A DNA stretch of 48,156 nucleotides from IMG/VR virus record IMGVR_UViG_3300020045_001961, positions 1-48,156 of that record; one strand, written 5' to 3'. Under the pieces are notes generated by a model that was given only the letters and a program-made list of their open reading frames with translations, had not been told where the DNA came from and did no database searches. Positions 45,117 to 48,156 of this stretch are shown here, one piece after another. The DNA comes from a virus. Its lineage: Duplodnaviria; Caudoviricetes. A program made the translations under genes and the position numbers. The stretch's first letter is position 1; each line of letters opens with the position of its first letter.

Positions 45117-45341
45117 CTAGAACTTATCCCAATCAAAAGGAAACCCACAAGCCTTTAGAAAAAGGCTCTTGTTGAAGTTAGGGTTATCTTGAGTAAACAC
45201 ATAGGCTAGTCGATCAGCAATATCCTTGGAAGCATCCAGTTTAGGCCAACCTGTTTCCCCATGTTCTTGGTGGGCAATAGTAACAACACTCATAATCTCT
45301 TGGGCAATCGCTTGGTAATGACCTTTGCTAAACTTAGGCAT
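45117..45341 (-). CDS. Hypothetical early protein
   Basis: KGHYQAIA...LAYVFTQDNPNFNKSLFLKACG family pattern; first gene after the 45418 promoter. Confidence 0.7.
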   Translation of the reverse strand: MPKFSKGHYQAIAQEIMSVVTIAHQEHGETGWPKLDASKDIADRLAYVFTQDNPNFNKSLFLKACGFPFDWDKF

Positions 45342-45389
45342 CTGGTGTTCTCCTTGGTTTGTGTTTCACTGTGTCGCTTGTTGTATTCT

Positions 45390-45418
45390 GTATGACGTAG
45401 ATTCGTTGTGCCGTCAAG
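45390..45418 (-). promoter_or_regulatory. Early sigma70-like promoter with GANTC in spacer
   Basis: TTGACG-GCACAA-CGAATCT-ACGT-CATACA on the minus strand. Confidence 0.65.
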
Positions 45419-45514
45419 TGATTCGGTTGGTCAATTCTGCAACCCTCTACTGTAGACAGACTGTGTTCCCACTCTATACCTCTTGTCCTCCCCCCTTAAG
45501 AATAAACCCCCTGC

Positions 45515-45599
45515 TAATTCCCTCGGGTGGGGGTAGCCACCTATAATTCCCTTGGAGGGGTACACCCTAGAATCCCCATAATTTCCACTGGAGGGGGTC
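45515..45599 (+). repeat. Three imperfect direct repeats TAATT(T)CC..GG..GGGGT
   Basis: Copies at 45515, 45544 and 45579. Confidence 0.55.
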
Positions 45600-45620
45600 A
45601 AGGCCGACTCATTGTTTTTT

Positions 45621-45636
45621 GTTAACAATGGTTTAA
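45621..45636 (-). promoter_or_regulatory. CtrA-binding box TTAA-N7-TTAAC
   Basis: Minus strand TTAA-ACCATTG-TTAAC. Confidence 0.6.
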
Positions 45637-45668
45637 GGCTAGAAATTAAATCGTGATTATTTTATTTC

Positions 45669-45718
45669 TTAATTCACTATGATTTACTTAAGTCTTTAAT
45701 TCAGTCTGATTTAGTTAA
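45669..45718. repeat. Tandem 23-bp operator-like repeats
   Basis: TTAATTCACTATGATTTACTTAA and TTAATTCAGTCTGATTTAGTTAA (20/23 identical), each a near dyad. Confidence 0.6.
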
Positions 45719-46226
45719 ACCGAGTCACATTGTATATACGACTCACTTAGTCGCCTTTATTTGGCAGATTAGGTAAGCTGATATTACCTAGTTTTGAGGG
45801 TATGCATTAGGACGCTATAGGACGGCCCTAGTGAGGGTTTTGCAGCTTTAGGCCACTATGCCCTATAAAACTTTTGATTGACAGGTTAGCGGCAAAAAGA
45901 GGTTTTTCGTATGTGATTCGCTACTATCAGACACTATATGTAGTAGCTTGCCCGCCAGATTAGATCACAAAACTGGACATTGTGTTGCAGATTGTAACAT
46001 TGCGTTACTATTGCTTAAAAGGTAAGCAGATAAAGTTTTGTTACATTACGATATTGTTACTTGCTGTAACACGTTAAAAGATTCTCTTGACTCTGCGAAT
46101 GTTTTCACTTTGTTCAGGTGATTCGCTATAGTCCAGCTTCGGTGTTTTTTGCGAATGCCAGTTGCATCCCTGCCCGACCGAATCGGGGTACTCCTTATAT
46201 ATAGGGGAAAGCAATGCAGCTTGCAA

Positions 46227-46255
46227 GGGGATCCAGGCGAGGGGGTCCAGGCGAG
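46227..46255 (+). repeat. Direct repeat GGGG(A)TCCAGGCGAG x2
   Basis: Immediately upstream of the -35 at 46261. Confidence 0.6.
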
Positions 46256-46260
46256 AGGGT

Positions 46261-46289
46261 TTGACAGTCTGACGAATCGCCCGTATATA
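46261..46289 (+). promoter_or_regulatory. Early sigma70-like promoter with GcrA-type site
   Basis: TTGACA-GTCTGA-CGAATCG-CCCG-TATATA. Confidence 0.7.
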
Positions 46290-46326
46290 GTGGACATACA
46301 GTTTGCCACTCACAAGGAATCGGGCA

Positions 46327-47736
46327 ATGGACAAGGCACAGATTGAAAAACATTTTGACTCTCTTTTGAAGGGATTCCCTGATGGGGACAGGTACTATTA
46401 CCCAAATATGGGACATTGCTATAAGTTGCGGGATTATATCCTTTGTAGTGATGATAATTGGACTCTAGTTACTAAGATTCTGGACCTACACCGCCCTAAC
46501 CCTACCCCCTGTGGTAATTTGATTCAGTTTTATGAATCAAAGGTAAAAGCCGGTAAAGATGTGATCACTACAATTAAACCCGCAAAGTATATAGGCAAGA
46601 TTATGCCGTGGGCAAGTGACTCTTATAAAGAGTCTTTCCTGCTATGGTTTAAGGATTCCTTTAAACCTGTTGAATTCACCATCTTTGAATCTAGAGAGGA
46701 ATCGGCTTTCATTGGGGCTTACGCTGGCAAGGTATACGGGGATAAATCACCAGTCTACTCTGACAAGCACGGGTTTACTATTAAGTCTTTGACTGGCTCT
46801 TGTATGCGTAAGTCTTTTATTGGCTTGGATAAACACCCCGCTAGTGTATATGCCTCTGGTGATTTCTCTATCGTATATGCCAAAGAGAATAAAACTGGGG
46901 ATATACTGGCAAGATGTGTTGTCGGTAATAATAGTGCAGAGTGTATCTATACTAACGACGATTTAGTGACTCATGCTATTGAGTCTTACCTATTCGAAAG
47001 GGGTATTGCCAACGAATCCAACTGGGCAGGCTTGAGCCTTAAAAAAGAGTATATCGGGAATAATGAATACCTTATGCCATATATTGATGGTTACGATTCC
47101 TTAGACGACGAGGGGAATACTTTTGTTATTGCAAGGGGTCGTGGTTCCATAGGTTTAGGTAATACTAACGGAAAAGTATCTTACGATGGACAAGACGAAG
47201 AGAATATGGGGTATTGTGAATCTTGTGAAGACTCTTACGATTATGATGATTTAACAACTGTCACAAATACAAACGGTAATGAGGTCTGTATTTGTTGCTC
47301 TTGTCGCAATGCTGATTATTCATGGTCAAACATTCAGCAGGAATACATACCAGATGAATCTTGCGTTACCTTTTATGAATCAGATAATCGTTGGGGTAAC
47401 GTGACTAAAGAATACGCTATGGATAATGGGGCATACGTTGAATCAGAGGATGAATATTATGCTTTTGATATGACTATAGAATATGAGGGGGAATACTACC
47501 TTAAAACAGACTCTGCTAATGTAGAATTAGTTAATGGCGACTATCTACACAAACAAAGCGATGAATATAAGGAATATAAAGCCGCGTATGAAACTGTTAC
47601 GGAATCTAAATGGGAATACATTGAAACTATTGTTCCTGAATCTTCTAGAGGGGTTATGACTCCTAGCCTTGTCTATAACACAACGTCTGTTGAGGTATTG
47701 CGCGATAATTACCAGATAGACTCCTGTGGCAATTGA
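46327..47736 (+). CDS. Early protein: SCMR/HP.VYASGDF domain plus acidic CxxC-repeat region
   Basis: SD AAGGA then ATG (MDKAQ); paralog of 40597-41535; CESC, CCSC; very D/E/Y-rich C-terminal half. Confidence 0.8.
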   Translation: MDKAQIEKHFDSLLKGFPDGDRYYYPNMGHCYKLRDYILCSDDNWTLVTKILDLHRPNPTPCGNLIQFYESKVKAGKDVITTIKPAKYIGKIMPWASDSYKESFLLWFKDSFKPVEFTIFESREESAFIGAYAGKVYGDKSPVYSDKHGFTIKSLTGSCMRKSFIGLDKHPASVYASGDFSIVYAKENKTGDILARCVVGNNSAECIYTNDDLVTHAIESYLFERGIANESNWAGLSLKKEYIGNNEYLMPYIDGYDSLDDEGNTFVIARGRGSIGLGNTNGKVSYDGQDEENMGYCESCEDSYDYDDLTTVTNTNGNEVCICCSCRNADYSWSNIQQEYIPDESCVTFYESDNRWGNVTKEYAMDNGAYVESEDEYYAFDMTIEYEGEYYLKTDSANVELVNGDYLHKQSDEYKEYKAAYETVTESKWEYIETIVPESSRGVMTPSLVYNTTSVEVLRDNYQIDSCGN

Positions 47737-47823
47737 GGGTTTTGAAGATTTATGCGAATCCGTCAACTAAAGCTAACCCGCTGCTTTGCAGCTTAACAAC
47801 GACAAACCTTGAAAGGGTAAACT

Positions 47824-48057
47824 ATGAATAATAAAGTATATCGCCTAGCTAAAGACAATGGTTTTGCCCTAGTCCAGTTTGGCCCTGCAATGACACAAGC
47901 TAAGGCTATGGCCTATCAAGCAGATATGGCGCTTTCGGGTTATACTGTGGCGGTAGTCAATACACAGGCAGAACCTGCCCCTATACGACCTAATCGAAAG
48001 AACAAAGGAAAGGCTAAGTTTACCTCTTGGCAACGTGACATTCAGTTTTCTGTCTAA
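47824..48057 (+). CDS. Hypothetical early protein
   Basis: SD AAAGGG; basic C-terminus. Confidence 0.6.
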   Translation: MNNKVYRLAKDNGFALVQFGPAMTQAKAMAYQADMALSGYTVAVVNTQAEPAPIRPNRKNKGKAKFTSWQRDIQFSV

Positions 48058-48068
48058 ACCACAGGCTA

Positions 48069-48098
48069 TTGACACTATACCGATTCGGCCCTAAGAAT
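48069..48098 (+). promoter_or_regulatory. Early sigma70-like promoter with GcrA-type site
   Basis: TTGACA-CTATAC-CGATTCG-GCCC-TAAGAA; same spacing as the 46261 and 45418 promoters. Confidence 0.6.
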
Positions 48099-48156
48099 AG
48101 GGTACTAAGTAAGCGAATCGCCACTTATGGTATAACCTAGACACAAGGAATGATCC

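Noticed and set aside
45431-46416. Short ORFs in the divergent control region
   Set aside because: No convincing SD, atypical composition, and overlap with promoters and repeats
1-48156. Terminal direct repeat or circular closure; lysogeny module; CRISPR array
   Set aside because: The two ends do not share sequence and the window stops just after a promoter and SD; no integrase or repressor recognised; no regularly spaced repeat-spacer array

Overview
Near-complete (apparently end-truncated) genome of a lytic tailed phage with siphovirus-type morphogenesis genes, roughly 40-43% GC by eye. The host is most likely a GC-rich alphaproteobacterium (Rhodobacteraceae-like), inferred from CcrM/GcrA and CtrA motifs and a B12-dependent RNR. 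The plus strand (1.6-22 kb) carries terminase, portal, an inserted fibre/appendage module, protease, scaffold, capsid, neck, tail and lysis genes. The minus strand (22-45.4 kb) carries T7-like replication and nucleotide-metabolism genes (class II RNR, MazG-like, DNA methylase, metallophosphoesterase, endonuclease I, 5'-3' exonuclease, ThyX, SSB, a family A DNA polymerase split into three ORFs, primase-helicase), two tRNAs and early genes. A divergent control region lies at 45.4-46.3 kb. No integrase, repressor or RNA polymerase was recognised. The most unusual signals are: (1) about four-fold enrichment of GANTC sites in the last 2.8 kb, with GcrA-type sites at a fixed position in sigma70-like promoters and a perfect CtrA box; (2) a ~450-nt structured non-coding region before the terminase with a permuted tRNA-like top half; (3) a hairpin loop complementary to a CCCGAY motif that recurs at the start codons of five structural genes; (4) a DNA polymerase split by an intron-less HNH gene; (5) a kissing-loop RNA in front of the tRNAs. 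All calls are from manual reading; no database searches were run.
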